Shown: positions 45,886 through 56,285, numbered from the stretch's first letter. The stretch is DNA of 64,000 nt from an uncultured Planctomycetia bacterium (GCA_964354545.1 CAYHAE010000001.1:65190-129189), one strand, 5' to 3'. A program made the numbers and translations. The notes: generated by a model not told the origin, from the sequence alone.

Positions 45886-47394
45886 CTATCCGGCGGGAGG
45901 CGCCTTGGCCGGGTGTTCCGGCAGTCGTCCGATCCAGGTCCCTGTCGCCGCATAGTGCCACTCGAGCTCCGCGACCGCAGGAGGCGCTGTTTCAGCGCCC
46001 CGTATGATGAGCCGGTCAGCGGGCGCCATCTTCTTCACCCACGGCTCAAATGACTTATCTGCGCCGAAATTCCACTGGATCTTCCTGTAGATGGCGAGGT
46101 CTTCGAGAGGCATCATCGTCGGCTCAAAACCGAGGATGTAGCGCCAGGGCGCATGGGGATTTTTGAAGAACGTCTGGTAAAATACGCTCATGTCGTTGCT
46201 GTAGATGATCCCGCCCGGGCCGGGAAGCCACTGCGCCTGATCCGGATCATCCTGAGAAAGGTATTCGGTAGAGAGGTTTGCGGTCCAGCGGCTTGAGTAA
46301 TCGCACGTGGTCGCGATGAACAGCGTCCCGGAGACGGCCGCTGCGAGAAAAAGCCGGCGCCAGGATATAAGGTCCACAGTGCGCTCGACGGCCTCCTGCA
46401 ATTCCTGCCCCATCCACACCGCGAGCGCAACCATCCCCCAGTCGACCCAGAAACGTTCAGCAACGAAACCCAGTACCCACCCCGATGCCGCGAGGATAAA
46501 GACAGGGTTATCGATCCTCTTCGGGTCCCAGGCGCCCCGGATGCGGCGCCACGCCACCATGAGGAAGACCGCGATCACGACCACGGCATCGCCGAAGAAA
46601 GGCTGGAACTCGCTCACGAGCGTGCGCTGGAGCTGATGGCTGCTGAAACTGCGCAGCGTGTGCAGAAGAGTATCGCGGAGGAATAGATACGGGTGCCCTG
46701 TGAGAGATGAGCCCGCGAGCACGCCCAAAGCCACGCAGACCCCTACATGTATACCGGCCCGCCATTCCCGCGCGATGAGGAAGCATATCACGGGCAATGC
46801 AAACAGGTGCCAGCTGCCATGGATCCAGGTCGAGGCCGCTATCAAGATCGCGAGGGACATCATGGCGACGAGGGACGGACGTTTATTGCGGAGGCGCGGC
46901 CACAAAAAGCAGAGCACGAGCGTCACGGCCATGGTGAGGATGTAGGGCCTGCCCTTTAAGAGGCGCATGGGGAAGCCGGGTTTCATTACGGAGATCGCGA
47001 GCAGCGCGAGGGGCCACGCCTCGATGCGGCGCAAAAAGAACATAGGCACGACGCAGAAGACGAGGAAGAGGAAGATGACGGAAAAGGTCACCAGGCCGTC
47101 GGCCTGCACCCCTGCGCAGCGATGGACGAGGCTCAATAGGATATGCCATCCGGGGTGGCTGTCCATTGTAATACCCGGACGGAGCACGAGGATCTCGTTC
47201 CAGCTCTTTCCCGATACGGCCTTCGCCGCATGCCGCAGCGCATCATCGATGGGAAGGAACCCGTATCCGATCACTTTGAGCGGGATGAGGAGCATTGTCG
47301 CGGCCACAAGGCACACCACAAGGAGCGGGATAAAGTCCGAGCCTGCGCTCGCCAGGCCCGCCGGGCCGCCCTGTCGCGCACATTCCTTTTTCAC
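45886..47394 (-). CDS. polytopic integral membrane protein (about 12 TM), unknown function
   Basis: Hydrophobicity pattern only. Confidence 0.45.
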   Translation of the reverse strand: MKKECARQGGPAGLASAGSDFIPLLVVCLVAATMLLIPLKVIGYGFLPIDDALRHAAKAVSGKSWNEILVLRPGITMDSHPGWHILLSLVHRCAGVQADGLVTFSVIFLFLVFCVVPMFFLRRIEAWPLALLAISVMKPGFPMRLLKGRPYILTMAVTLVLCFLWPRLRNKRPSLVAMMSLAILIAASTWIHGSWHLFALPVICFLIAREWRAGIHVGVCVALGVLAGSSLTGHPYLFLRDTLLHTLRSFSSHQLQRTLVSEFQPFFGDAVVVIAVFLMVAWRRIRGAWDPKRIDNPVFILAASGWVLGFVAERFWVDWGMVALAVWMGQELQEAVERTVDLISWRRLFLAAAVSGTLFIATTCDYSSRWTANLSTEYLSQDDPDQAQWLPGPGGIIYSNDMSVFYQTFFKNPHAPWRYILGFEPTMMPLEDLAIYRKIQWNFGADKSFEPWVKKMAPADRLIIRGAETAPPAVAELEWHYAATGTWIGRLPEHPAKAPPAG

Positions 47395-47636
47395 AACTCC
47401 CTCCGCTTTTTCCGTACTGCAGATGCATGCTCATCCATCACTGCGTATAAGATACTACGACGGCCGCCTGAACGCAACAGGAAAATGGCTCCGCGCACGG
47501 CAGGCGAAAAGACTTGACTTTGCGCGGAAGAGCGGTAGAATATATCCCTGTTGTAATACCGTAGTTGGAGGAGATCCTCTCCTTAAAGCTGACCATCGAA
47601 CGGAAGACGAGAGCTGACCGAACGATGGGAGGTTTT

Positions 47637-49214
47637 ATGAAGAGGATATTTTTTTTGACTTTAGTTTTATGGAGCGTGCGTGTGAGCTGCGCGCCCTGCC
47701 TTTTTGCTCAGTCTGCCGAGAGGCCATGGGCCGACAAGAGCGGCTTTTTCCGCGACAAGGCCGTGAGCGATATCCAGGTCCTCGAGGACAGGTGTTATCT
47801 TTCGACGCAGGCAGACCTCTACCGATCCGATGCAAGCCGGGAGAGGTGGGATTCGATATTCTCACTGCCGAGCGGATCGAATGAGATAAACTGCATTGCG
47901 GCCTCAGGGGACCGCGAGGTGTACGTCGGGACGACCCGGGGCCTCTTCAAATCGGGCGATGCCGGCGCGCATTGGAAGAACGTCTTCAAGACGATCGTCC
48001 CGGAAAAGAGCGACGTCCTGTGTATCGCCGTTTCGGCTTCCGCACCGGGCCATGTTGCGATCGGGACCCGGAAGGGAGTTTTCCTGTCGAAGGACCGCGG
48101 AGGACATTGGGCCGATATCTCATCGATAGTGCGGAATAAGATAACGCGGTCTGTCGCAGTCTGCGGCACATACCTTTTTGCAGGCGGAGAATGCGGTCTT
48201 TTCCGCACGGGCGATGAAGGAGTTCGCTGGGAGCGGCTCCTGGTGAGGAGCGGCACACAGGAAGAAGGGGATAGGGACAGCGGAGAGGACCGGGCGAGCG
48301 AAGAAGAGGCTGCCCCGAGCCGGGAGGTGCGGTCTATCGCAACGGACGGAGTTTCGGTATACGTTGCGCTCGATACCGTGGTATATTATTCGACTATCGT
48401 TCAAGAGTCCTGGAAGACGATGCCGGACACGGGTCTCCAGGGGCGCATTAACTGCATCCTTGTTTCGAAGAAGGCGCAGAAGATATTCGCCGCCACGTCG
48501 AAAGGCGCCTATGAGTACCTGAATGAAAGCCAGAGGTGGTCGCCATTAGAGGGTGTGCCCCGCGCGAACGTGAATAGGATCAGTTTCGAATCTTCCAGAG
48601 AGGATCTCCTGTGGGCAGCCACCGACAAGGGGCTCTTTAGAGCAGAGGCCGCGAGCGTGCTCATCGAAAGGCGCACCGAGGTCGAGGGCCGTCTCAAAGA
48701 GGTATTTGTGGGAATAGGCAACGAACCCGCCTACCGGGAACTGCAGCAGGCCGCGATCCGGCACGCGGAGGCAGGCCCTGAGAAGATACGGGCCTGGCGC
48801 ACCGGGGCGAGAGTGAGGGCGCTCATTCCCAAGATATCGTTCGGCACGGGCATGTCTCACGCAACGAATTCGGAGATCTACACGAGCGCGACGAAGGACT
48901 ATATCGTGATAGGCCCTGACGACGAATCCAGGAATTTCAGCGCGTCGATCTCCTGGGAGCTCGGCGACCTCATCTGGAGCGATGACCAGACCGCGATAGA
49001 TGTGCGTTCACGGCTCACGGTCCAGTTGAGGAACGATATCCTCGACGACCTGCGCAGGGTATATTTTGAGCGCAAGAGGGTCCAGTTTGAACTGCTCGCA
49101 ATGCCGCCGAAGGACCTCAAGGCGAGGTTCGAAAAGGAACTGCGGCTCCGCGAGCTCACCCAGGCGATAGACGACCTCACAGGGAACTATCTCTCCGACG
49201 CGATGCGGAACTGA
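47637..49214 (+). CDS. secreted BNR/Asp-box repeat protein with C-terminal coiled coil
   Basis: Signal peptide. Repeated S/TxDxGxxW boxes (KSGDAGAHW, SKDRGGHW, RTGDEGVRW). Confidence 0.55.
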   Translation: MKRIFFLTLVLWSVRVSCAPCLFAQSAERPWADKSGFFRDKAVSDIQVLEDRCYLSTQADLYRSDASRERWDSIFSLPSGSNEINCIAASGDREVYVGTTRGLFKSGDAGAHWKNVFKTIVPEKSDVLCIAVSASAPGHVAIGTRKGVFLSKDRGGHWADISSIVRNKITRSVAVCGTYLFAGGECGLFRTGDEGVRWERLLVRSGTQEEGDRDSGEDRASEEEAAPSREVRSIATDGVSVYVALDTVVYYSTIVQESWKTMPDTGLQGRINCILVSKKAQKIFAATSKGAYEYLNESQRWSPLEGVPRANVNRISFESSREDLLWAATDKGLFRAEAASVLIERRTEVEGRLKEVFVGIGNEPAYRELQQAAIRHAEAGPEKIRAWRTGARVRALIPKISFGTGMSHATNSEIYTSATKDYIVIGPDDESRNFSASISWELGDLIWSDDQTAIDVRSRLTVQLRNDILDDLRRVYFERKRVQFELLAMPPKDLKARFEKELRLRELTQAIDDLTGNYLSDAMRN

Positions 49215-49558
49215 ACGGCGCGCCATTTATCCGCCCCCCACGGCTCCGGCCGGATCCGTTCCTGCCTGCCCTGCCTGCAGGCACGGCAGGCGCTCCGGCA
49301 CGTTTTTGTTTTAATTTATTGTGCCGGAGGGTATACTATAGAACATAGCGCAGAACAGGAGAGAGGGCAAGAGAGGCAAAAGTCAACGCTTTAATCCCCT
49401 CGCAGAAATCCCCGGGTTTTAACCCGGGGATGAATGCGTTTCTGCTCGGGGAGGGAGCCTAAAGAAAAGGGGCTATAAGACAGCGAGCGAGATTACAAAA
49501 AATGAAATGGGACCCTGGCTTTCAAGCCAGGGGGCTCCACTGAGGGCGGGGGGAGAGA

Positions 49559-51256
49559 ATGGAACCGGTCGAAAAGGGGCGAAGGACGGAGCATGCCGAC
49601 AGGCGCTCCCTCGTACAGATATCCGCATCCATCGCGCTCATCATTGTCGCGGGCGCCGCTTGCTATGGCAATTCGCTTGGCGGCTCGTTTGTCTGGGATG
49701 ACGCGGCGCTCGTGACGAACAATACCTGCATCAGGGGCTGGTCGAACCTGCCGAAGATATTCACAAAAGATCTGGGGGCGGGCATCGCAATGAAGTCCAG
49801 CTTCTACCGCCCGCTCCAGATGCTTACTTATATGATGGATTACTCCCTGTGGGGACTGAATCCCGCGGGATACCATCTCACCAACATGCTCCTGCACATC
49901 CTGTGCGCGCTATGCGTCTGGTGGCTCGCGGACGTCCTTTTCGGCGATCGCGCGCTTTCGGCCCTCGCGGCCCTGCTCTTCGTGGTCCATCCCGTACATA
50001 CCGAAGCCGTTACCTATATATCGGGCCGCGCAGATTCGCTGGGGCTCGTCTTCATGCTCGCCGCATTCGTCTTGTACGTAAAGCAGCTCCGTTCGGAGAA
50101 TACGGCGCTCTTCCTTTTAATGACAGCGTCCTATATATGCGCGCTCCTCTCGCGGGAGAATACCCTGATCCTTCCCGCGCTCGTGCTCGTGTACCACTAC
50201 GCGTTCAGAGAGCGCCTGAAGGCCCGGACGTTTCTCGCCCTTCTCGCCATCGCCCTTGCCTATCTCATCGTGCGCGTGACGGCGCTTCGGTCATTCCTCC
50301 TCCACGCCTCGTGCCCTACGACCCTCGCACAGAGGATGCCGGGATTTTTTGTCGCGGTCACTAATTACGTGAGGCTTCTGTTCCTGCCGTTCCACCTCCA
50401 CATGGATTACGGCGAGAAGGTCTTCCGCCTCACTGACATCAGATCGATTATCGGCATGGCGCTGATAGCGCTGATCCTGCTCGGTGCGTATATGCGCAGG
50501 CGCGATCGGGTGATATCCTTTTCGCTCTTGTGGTTTATAGTCGGACTCCTCCCCGTCTCCAACCTCTACCCCATCAATGCATACATGGCCGAACATTGGC
50601 TGTACCTCCCATCGATAGGATTCTTCCTCATCGTGGCGAAAGGCGTGGCCGTACCCGGCCGGATCGAGAACGCGCGAATAGGCGCCGCACTTCTCGCGGC
50701 GGGCCTTGCGACCTTCTACTCCTATGGGACGATCCGGCAGAACGCTTACTGGAGAGAGCCGATCGCGCTGTATGAGAGGACGTTAAAGTATGCCCCGGAG
50801 AGCGCGGCGGCTTACAACAACCTAGGCTATGAGTATTATCGAAACGGAAGGAAGGAAGAAGGCGTCGCCCTGCTGAAAAAAGCGATCGAGCTCGATCCCC
50901 GCAATGCCGCGGCATATTATAACCTCGGGAACGCATATTACGGGAGCGGAAAGGCCGATGTGGTCATGGCGCTATACAGGAAGGCGGTGGAGCTCAACCC
51001 GCATTATGCCGATGCATACAATAATCTCGGCATCGGGTACTACGACAGCGGAGACGTTCCCGAGGCGATAGCGTCATTCGAGAAGGCGATAGAGATCAAT
51101 CCGAGGTTCGGAAAGGCGTATCGGAATCTGGCGGGGGTGTATTACCACGAAAAGCAGTACGACCGTGCGATCCGCTACTGCGATAAGGCGCTCTCGCTCG
51201 GGTTTAAAGTCGACTCCGAACTGCTCGAAGCTCTCGAGCCTCTTCGGAAGAAATGA
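49559..51256 (+). CDS. polytopic membrane protein with C-terminal TPR repeats (PMT/ArnT-like N-domain)
   Basis: Multiple TM helices are followed by TPR repeats (AAAYNNLGYEYYRNGRKEEGVALLKKAIELDPRNAAAYYNLGNAYY...). Confidence 0.6.
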   Translation: MEPVEKGRRTEHADRRSLVQISASIALIIVAGAACYGNSLGGSFVWDDAALVTNNTCIRGWSNLPKIFTKDLGAGIAMKSSFYRPLQMLTYMMDYSLWGLNPAGYHLTNMLLHILCALCVWWLADVLFGDRALSALAALLFVVHPVHTEAVTYISGRADSLGLVFMLAAFVLYVKQLRSENTALFLLMTASYICALLSRENTLILPALVLVYHYAFRERLKARTFLALLAIALAYLIVRVTALRSFLLHASCPTTLAQRMPGFFVAVTNYVRLLFLPFHLHMDYGEKVFRLTDIRSIIGMALIALILLGAYMRRRDRVISFSLLWFIVGLLPVSNLYPINAYMAEHWLYLPSIGFFLIVAKGVAVPGRIENARIGAALLAAGLATFYSYGTIRQNAYWREPIALYERTLKYAPESAAAYNNLGYEYYRNGRKEEGVALLKKAIELDPRNAAAYYNLGNAYYGSGKADVVMALYRKAVELNPHYADAYNNLGIGYYDSGDVPEAIASFEKAIEINPRFGKAYRNLAGVYYHEKQYDRAIRYCDKALSLGFKVDSELLEALEPLRKK

Positions 51257-51464
51257 GTGGGGCAGCGGGTGAGTGATTCCCTGGATTTGACCTGACGCGC
51301 GAGGAGAGGGAAAGTTCTATTTCAGGGAGGGGCAACTAAATTAAACCCACAACACATATTACTGTACCGGTGGTTTAATTTATCCTGAGCCTAGCGAAGG
51401 ATTACCCTTCGACTTCGCTCAGGGTAAATGCGACCAACAATCGACATTAACATAGTGGTCGCAT

Positions 51465-51785
51465 TTAAATAACTGCCACAAGCCTGCCTGCATCGTGTGG
51501 GTCTATCTTGGTAAATTCCAATCCCGCATCGAGCTCAAAGTCTCCGCTCTCTCTCGTCCACACGATCCTGCCCATCGCCTCGATGGCCGGATCCTTTTTC
51601 TCGGGAGAAGAGATCGCCAGACTGAGGGTGTCGCCCTTTTTTACAAGGCGTGAAACTTGCAGCCTCATGCCGCTCCTCGAGATATTCTTTGTGAGCGAGC
51701 ACGACTCGATGCGCCCGATCCCGGTCATGGAATATCGGACGCTTAAGCCCTTATTGTACCTAGGATATCGCCGCTTTTCTATCAT
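51465..51785 (-). CDS. PilZ-domain protein (putative c-di-GMP receptor)
   Basis: RRYPRY (RxxxR) and NISRSG (D/NxSxxG) motifs. Start chosen at MIEKRRYPRY. Confidence 0.6.
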   Translation of the reverse strand: MIEKRRYPRYNKGLSVRYSMTGIGRIESCSLTKNISRSGMRLQVSRLVKKGDTLSLAISSPEKKDPAIEAMGRIVWTRESGDFELDAGLEFTKIDPHDAGRLVAVI

Positions 51786-51890
51786 AGTAAGTATAAATAT
51801 ACCACAAAAGTATGCGTAATGCAAGAACAAAAATGTAACCCTGATCACACTAGCCTTTAGCCTTAAAATGTTAAGAATTAAAATAGTTAT

Positions 51891-51920
51891 TTGACAATAC
51901 GCTATTCGTGTGCGTATACT
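51891..51920 (+). promoter_or_regulatory. sigma70-like promoter (TTGACA, 18 nt spacer, TATACT)
   Basis: Read directly upstream of the GH5 gene. Confidence 0.4.
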
Positions 51921-51969
51921 ATATGGTTACCAATTTTTGAGACAACTGACACAATTTATGGAGGATACC

Positions 51970-53421
51970 ATGAGACAAAAAATCATTTTCGTAGTTGCGA
52001 CATTCATCCTTTTCCAGGCCGGGATCTGCGGCGCTCAGGATCCCATTATACCGGATTTCGAGGACGACCAGCCGAGCGGAAGTACCGCCGACTATCTCTC
52101 GGACGCGCAGTCCTCAAAAGAAGAGATGATCTCGATGATGCAGGCGATCGAGAATGCGGCTCAAACCCAATCATACTTTGTAAAGGCGAACGGAACCGGG
52201 CTCTCCGTCAACGGGCAGACCTACAAATTTTCTCTCGCGAATCAGTACTATCTTTTCTATAAATCGAAGTTAATGATCGATGATGTCTTCCAGGACGCGG
52301 CATCCCTGGGCCTGAGCGTCATCAGGACGTGGGGTTTCTGTGACGGCATGTACAAGGAAGGAGTTTCATTTCAGCCATCGCCGGGAATATATGACGAATC
52401 CGGGTTCCTGAAGATGGACTACATCCTCTACAAGGCGTCTCTGTCGAATATGAGGGTCATAATCCCGTTCGTGAACAACTGGAACGACTTCGGCGGAATC
52501 GACCAGTATGTGAACTGGTATCTCGGCAGGGCGCCGTCGACGAGCGAACATGACCTTTTCTTCACCAATGAGACGATAAAGGGATGGTATAGGAACTACG
52601 TGAGCTATTTCCTCAACAGGGTCAATACGTATACGGGCATTGCGTATAAGAACGATCCCACCGTTTTGGCGTGGGACCTCGCCAACGAGCCGAGGGCATA
52701 CACCGACACGGCGGGCCTGGTCCTCGATCCCTGGATCGACGAGATGGCCGCCTACATAAAGTCGGTCGACCCGAACCACCTCCTCTCGACGGGGGTCGAG
52801 GGCTGGTACGGATATACCGATACCGGGGTCGATTTCATCCGGAGCCAGTCATCCCCCAACATAGACATCGCGACGTTTCACCTGTTCCCGGATTATTATG
52901 GATTGACAAGCGCTCAGGCCCTTCAGTGGATACAGGACAGGGCGAATGACGCAACGAACGCGTTGAATAAGCCCGTCTATATCGGAGAATTCGGGAAGAT
53001 GGTCGACAGGAGCGCGTCCGACGCGAGCACTCAGATGAGGACGCGGGACTCGCTCTATAAGAACATTTACAGTACCGCATCGAGCGCCGGCGTCGACGGC
53101 CTCGGGTTCTGGCTCCTCTCCGGACGTCAGGACAACGGCACATTATATCCCGACTACGACCGTTTTACAGTTTATTATCCCGAAGACAGCTCCACGGACA
53201 GGGTGATAAAGTCGGGGTCCAGCCTCTTTGTTACCGCAAGCGGAGGCAAGGGCGGCAAGAAAAGTTCTACGCAGAGCATGACGAGTATCGAGTCAGAGAA
53301 GATCACTCAGGCCCAGCTCATGATGAGGCGGAACATCCTATCGGGAAAGCACTGGCTGAGCTCATATAACCAGACCAGCTTCATTCCCCGAGGGTTCGAT
53401 ACGGATCTCTTTGCGGAATAG
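51970..53421 (+). CDS. secreted glycoside hydrolase family 5 (mannanase-like)
   Basis: Signal peptide. WDLANEPR acid/base motif and IGEFG nucleophile motif typical of GH5. Confidence 0.7.
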   Translation: MRQKIIFVVATFILFQAGICGAQDPIIPDFEDDQPSGSTADYLSDAQSSKEEMISMMQAIENAAQTQSYFVKANGTGLSVNGQTYKFSLANQYYLFYKSKLMIDDVFQDAASLGLSVIRTWGFCDGMYKEGVSFQPSPGIYDESGFLKMDYILYKASLSNMRVIIPFVNNWNDFGGIDQYVNWYLGRAPSTSEHDLFFTNETIKGWYRNYVSYFLNRVNTYTGIAYKNDPTVLAWDLANEPRAYTDTAGLVLDPWIDEMAAYIKSVDPNHLLSTGVEGWYGYTDTGVDFIRSQSSPNIDIATFHLFPDYYGLTSAQALQWIQDRANDATNALNKPVYIGEFGKMVDRSASDASTQMRTRDSLYKNIYSTASSAGVDGLGFWLLSGRQDNGTLYPDYDRFTVYYPEDSSTDRVIKSGSSLFVTASGGKGGKKSSTQSMTSIESEKITQAQLMMRRNILSGKHWLSSYNQTSFIPRGFDTDLFAE

Positions 53422-53714
53422 GCCGTACGCGCTATAGTAGAGTAACGACGTATGCTCACATCTTTCTGCAGATCTCTGGAGAAAGGAGTGAGCATATATT
53501 TTTATGTACGAAACAAATTGTACAATTTGAAATGATACATAACATTGTTTAAGCCCTGCCAAATCCGAAACACGAAATCCGAAACTCGAAACAATTTCGA
53601 ATTACCAAAATTCAAATGACCGAACCGATTGTTTTGAACATTTGAACATTCGGATTTCGGATTTAAAAGGCTGTAATACAACGATGACAATATTACATAT
53701 GCACGACAATATCC

Positions 53715-53743
53715 TTGACATTTCCCGCGCGCATTCCTATAAT
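53715..53743 (+). promoter_or_regulatory. consensus sigma70 promoter (TTGACA, 17 nt spacer, TATAAT)
   Basis: Read directly. It drives the riboswitch transcript. Confidence 0.6.
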
Positions 53744-53764
53744 AAGATCAGTTCTTTCACAACT

Positions 53765-54040
53765 ATATAGGCGCCGCAAGGCTTAATAGGGAACTCCATA
53801 CTTAAACGGAGACGGTCCCGCCGCTGTAGTCCCTCCCTCTTACCCTTAATAGAGGAAGAGGAAACCTTTTAGCACACAGGCCACTGTCCGGTATCTTTTA
53901 TGACGGGAAGGCAGCTAAAAAGGAGGGATAGTCAGAAGACCTGCCTATATATAACATGATGCCGGGAGAGCATCGCATATAAGGGATTCTATAAATCAGG
54001 GAATGGGCCCTGCTGCAGTATCAGCAGGGCTTTTTTGTTT
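53765..54040 (+). ncRNA. cobalamin (B12) riboswitch with intrinsic terminator
   Basis: Contains AATAGGGAA, GGTCCCGCCGCTGTAG and the B12 box GCCACTG...GGGAAGGC. It ends in hairpin CCCTGCTG-cagtatc-CAGCAGGG plus TTTTTT, directly upstream of a TonB-dependent receptor gene. Confidence 0.85.
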
Positions 54041-54058
54041 ATTACAACGGAGGAAGAT

Positions 54059-56128
54059 GTGAGAAAAGGTGCGTTGATTTTCATTGCGTTCCTATTTTTT
54101 TCAGCTGCCGTACATTGCGAAGAAGAGAAGGGCGAATCGGGCCTCGGGAGGGCGATCGATATGCTCGCCTCGCCTTTCAGGGCGTTCATGAGCCCTTCGT
54201 ACCGGCTCGATCCGATCGTGGTGACGGCCTCTCGGTACAGCGAACCGTCGCTCCGCGCAGCCAAGAGCGTGACGGTCATCGATGAAGAGGAGATCGCCCG
54301 CTATATGCCGAGGAGCGTTCCGGAGCTCCTGAAGAAGGAGGCGGGCATACTCGTGAGGGATTACGTCGGGAACGGGAAGACCGCCCAGGTCGACATAAGG
54401 GGCTTCGGAGAACCTTCCCTTTCGAACGTGCTCGTGCTTGTCGATGGGAGGAGGACGACCCAGATCGATATGTCCGGCACGGACTGGACCCAGATCGACG
54501 TCGATTCTATAGAGAGGATCGAGATCGTGAGGGGACCGCAGACGGTGCTCTACGGCGACAATGCGACAGGCGGAGTGGTCAACATCATCACGAAGAGCGG
54601 CGCGGGCAAGAAGCCGGAGGCGGGTTTCACGTATCGTCTCGGCTCCTACAATTACGACGCATACAAGACCTTCATCCAGGGAGGCACGGATTTCCTGGAC
54701 TATTACTGCAGCGCATCGCAGTCTTCTACGGATGGATACAGGGTGAATAACCATCTCGAGACGATCGATCTGAACGGCACGATAACGGTAAAGCCGGCGC
54801 CCTACGCGCGGCTCGCGCTCTACGGCGGCTACCATAAGGATTGGTACGGGATGCCGGGCGCCCTCACCACCGCGAACTTGAACGCGTTCGGCCGCAGGGG
54901 GAGCGTCTACCCGAACGACAGGTCGAAGACGGACGATTTTTATCTCATGGCAGGCCCCGAGCTCACGGCCGACACGGACCTCGGCGAGGTCCGCGTCTCG
55001 TCCGATTTCCTCGGGAGGGGGAGAAGGGTCAGCTCGGTCTTCTATTCTACGTGGGGGACTACCGAGGTGACCAGCCACATCAAGACATTCGGCATTACCC
55101 CAAAGGTCGCCTTTACCGCCGATGTCTTCGGGATGCACAACAGGCTCATCACGGGCGTCGACTATTATGCGGATAAAGACGAGATATTGAGCGGCGACCC
55201 GGGCATCGGAAAGGACATGATCGTCATCACGAAGGACAGCGTCGGGGTCTATGCGGCTGACTCGCTCGACGTGACGCAGGCGCTGGGCGCGCACGCCGGG
55301 TACAGGGCAGAGTGGGCCATGTACAGGTTCGACCAGCAGGCAGTGATGAGGGGCAAGAATAGGAAGACGCCCTTCGAGCAGGCATATGAGGCGGGGTTGA
55401 ATTTCAGGTATAACGAGAAGTCGTCGGTCTACGCGAACTATTCCAGGTCGTTCAGGTTTCCCGCGGTCGACGAGTGGTATAGCGCGCTCTGGTCGTTCTG
55501 GGGACTGGCCGGCGGCGGGCTCAATCTCGACCTTAAGCCGCAGACGGGCAACAATTTCGAGGTGGGTATCAGGGAGAACTCCTCGAAATATCTGGGCGTC
55601 AAGGCTTCCTATTTCCTGATGGACCTGCGGCACGAGCTCTACTTCAATCCTGTCACCCTCGCCAACTCTATCTACGACAGGACCATCCGCCACGGCCTCG
55701 AACTCGAGACGCATGCGTACCTCTTTCACGGCTTTGACGCCTCGGTCAATTATACCTATGAAAAGGCCTTCTTCGTCGGTTCGAGCTTTGCGGGGAACGA
55801 GGTCCCCATGGTGCCGCGGCACAAGATCACGGGATCCATCGACTATACCTTTATGGACTGCGTGAACATCATCTATTCGGCATCCTACGTGAGCCCGATG
55901 AGGTTCACGAGCGACCAGAGGAACGTCGTCCCGCGGCTCAAGTCGTACATGACCCACGATGTCAAGCTGTCGTACAATAAATACGGGCTCTCTATCTACG
56001 GCGCGATCTACAACATCTTTAACGAGAAGTACGATGCGTACGGAGTGACGAACGCCCTCGGGACCGTCCAGAGCCACTATCCGGCCCCCGGCACAAACTT
56101 CATCGCGGGGGTCACGTACACATTTTGA
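54059..56128 (+). CDS. TonB-dependent outer-membrane receptor (BtuB-like, cobalamin uptake)
   Basis: Signal peptide. Plug and beta-barrel patterns. C-terminal TYTF aromatic terminus. GTG start after a GGAGGA RBS. It is preceded by the B12 riboswitch. Confidence 0.85.
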   Translation: MRKGALIFIAFLFFSAAVHCEEEKGESGLGRAIDMLASPFRAFMSPSYRLDPIVVTASRYSEPSLRAAKSVTVIDEEEIARYMPRSVPELLKKEAGILVRDYVGNGKTAQVDIRGFGEPSLSNVLVLVDGRRTTQIDMSGTDWTQIDVDSIERIEIVRGPQTVLYGDNATGGVVNIITKSGAGKKPEAGFTYRLGSYNYDAYKTFIQGGTDFLDYYCSASQSSTDGYRVNNHLETIDLNGTITVKPAPYARLALYGGYHKDWYGMPGALTTANLNAFGRRGSVYPNDRSKTDDFYLMAGPELTADTDLGEVRVSSDFLGRGRRVSSVFYSTWGTTEVTSHIKTFGITPKVAFTADVFGMHNRLITGVDYYADKDEILSGDPGIGKDMIVITKDSVGVYAADSLDVTQALGAHAGYRAEWAMYRFDQQAVMRGKNRKTPFEQAYEAGLNFRYNEKSSVYANYSRSFRFPAVDEWYSALWSFWGLAGGGLNLDLKPQTGNNFEVGIRENSSKYLGVKASYFLMDLRHELYFNPVTLANSIYDRTIRHGLELETHAYLFHGFDASVNYTYEKAFFVGSSFAGNEVPMVPRHKITGSIDYTFMDCVNIIYSASYVSPMRFTSDQRNVVPRLKSYMTHDVKLSYNKYGLSIYGAIYNIFNEKYDAYGVTNALGTVQSHYPAPGTNFIAGVTYTF

Positions 56129-56139
56129 TCCCCTCCGCA

Positions 56140-56175
56140 CCTGCCTGCCGGCAGGTGCTTCGGGGAGGGAGCATC
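56140..56175 (+). terminator. GC-rich hairpin terminator
   Basis: CCTCCGCACCTGCCTGCCGGCAGGTGCTTCGGGGAGG inverted repeat. Confidence 0.4.
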
Positions 56176-56285
56176 GGCCTTTAGGCCGAGGGGGCTCCAC
56201 AGGCGCGCCCGGCTGCGGGGTGGTCACCGCAAAACCGCGGCCAGGCATAGTATTTTCTGCTATAAGATTGTCGCTTTCCAAAATA

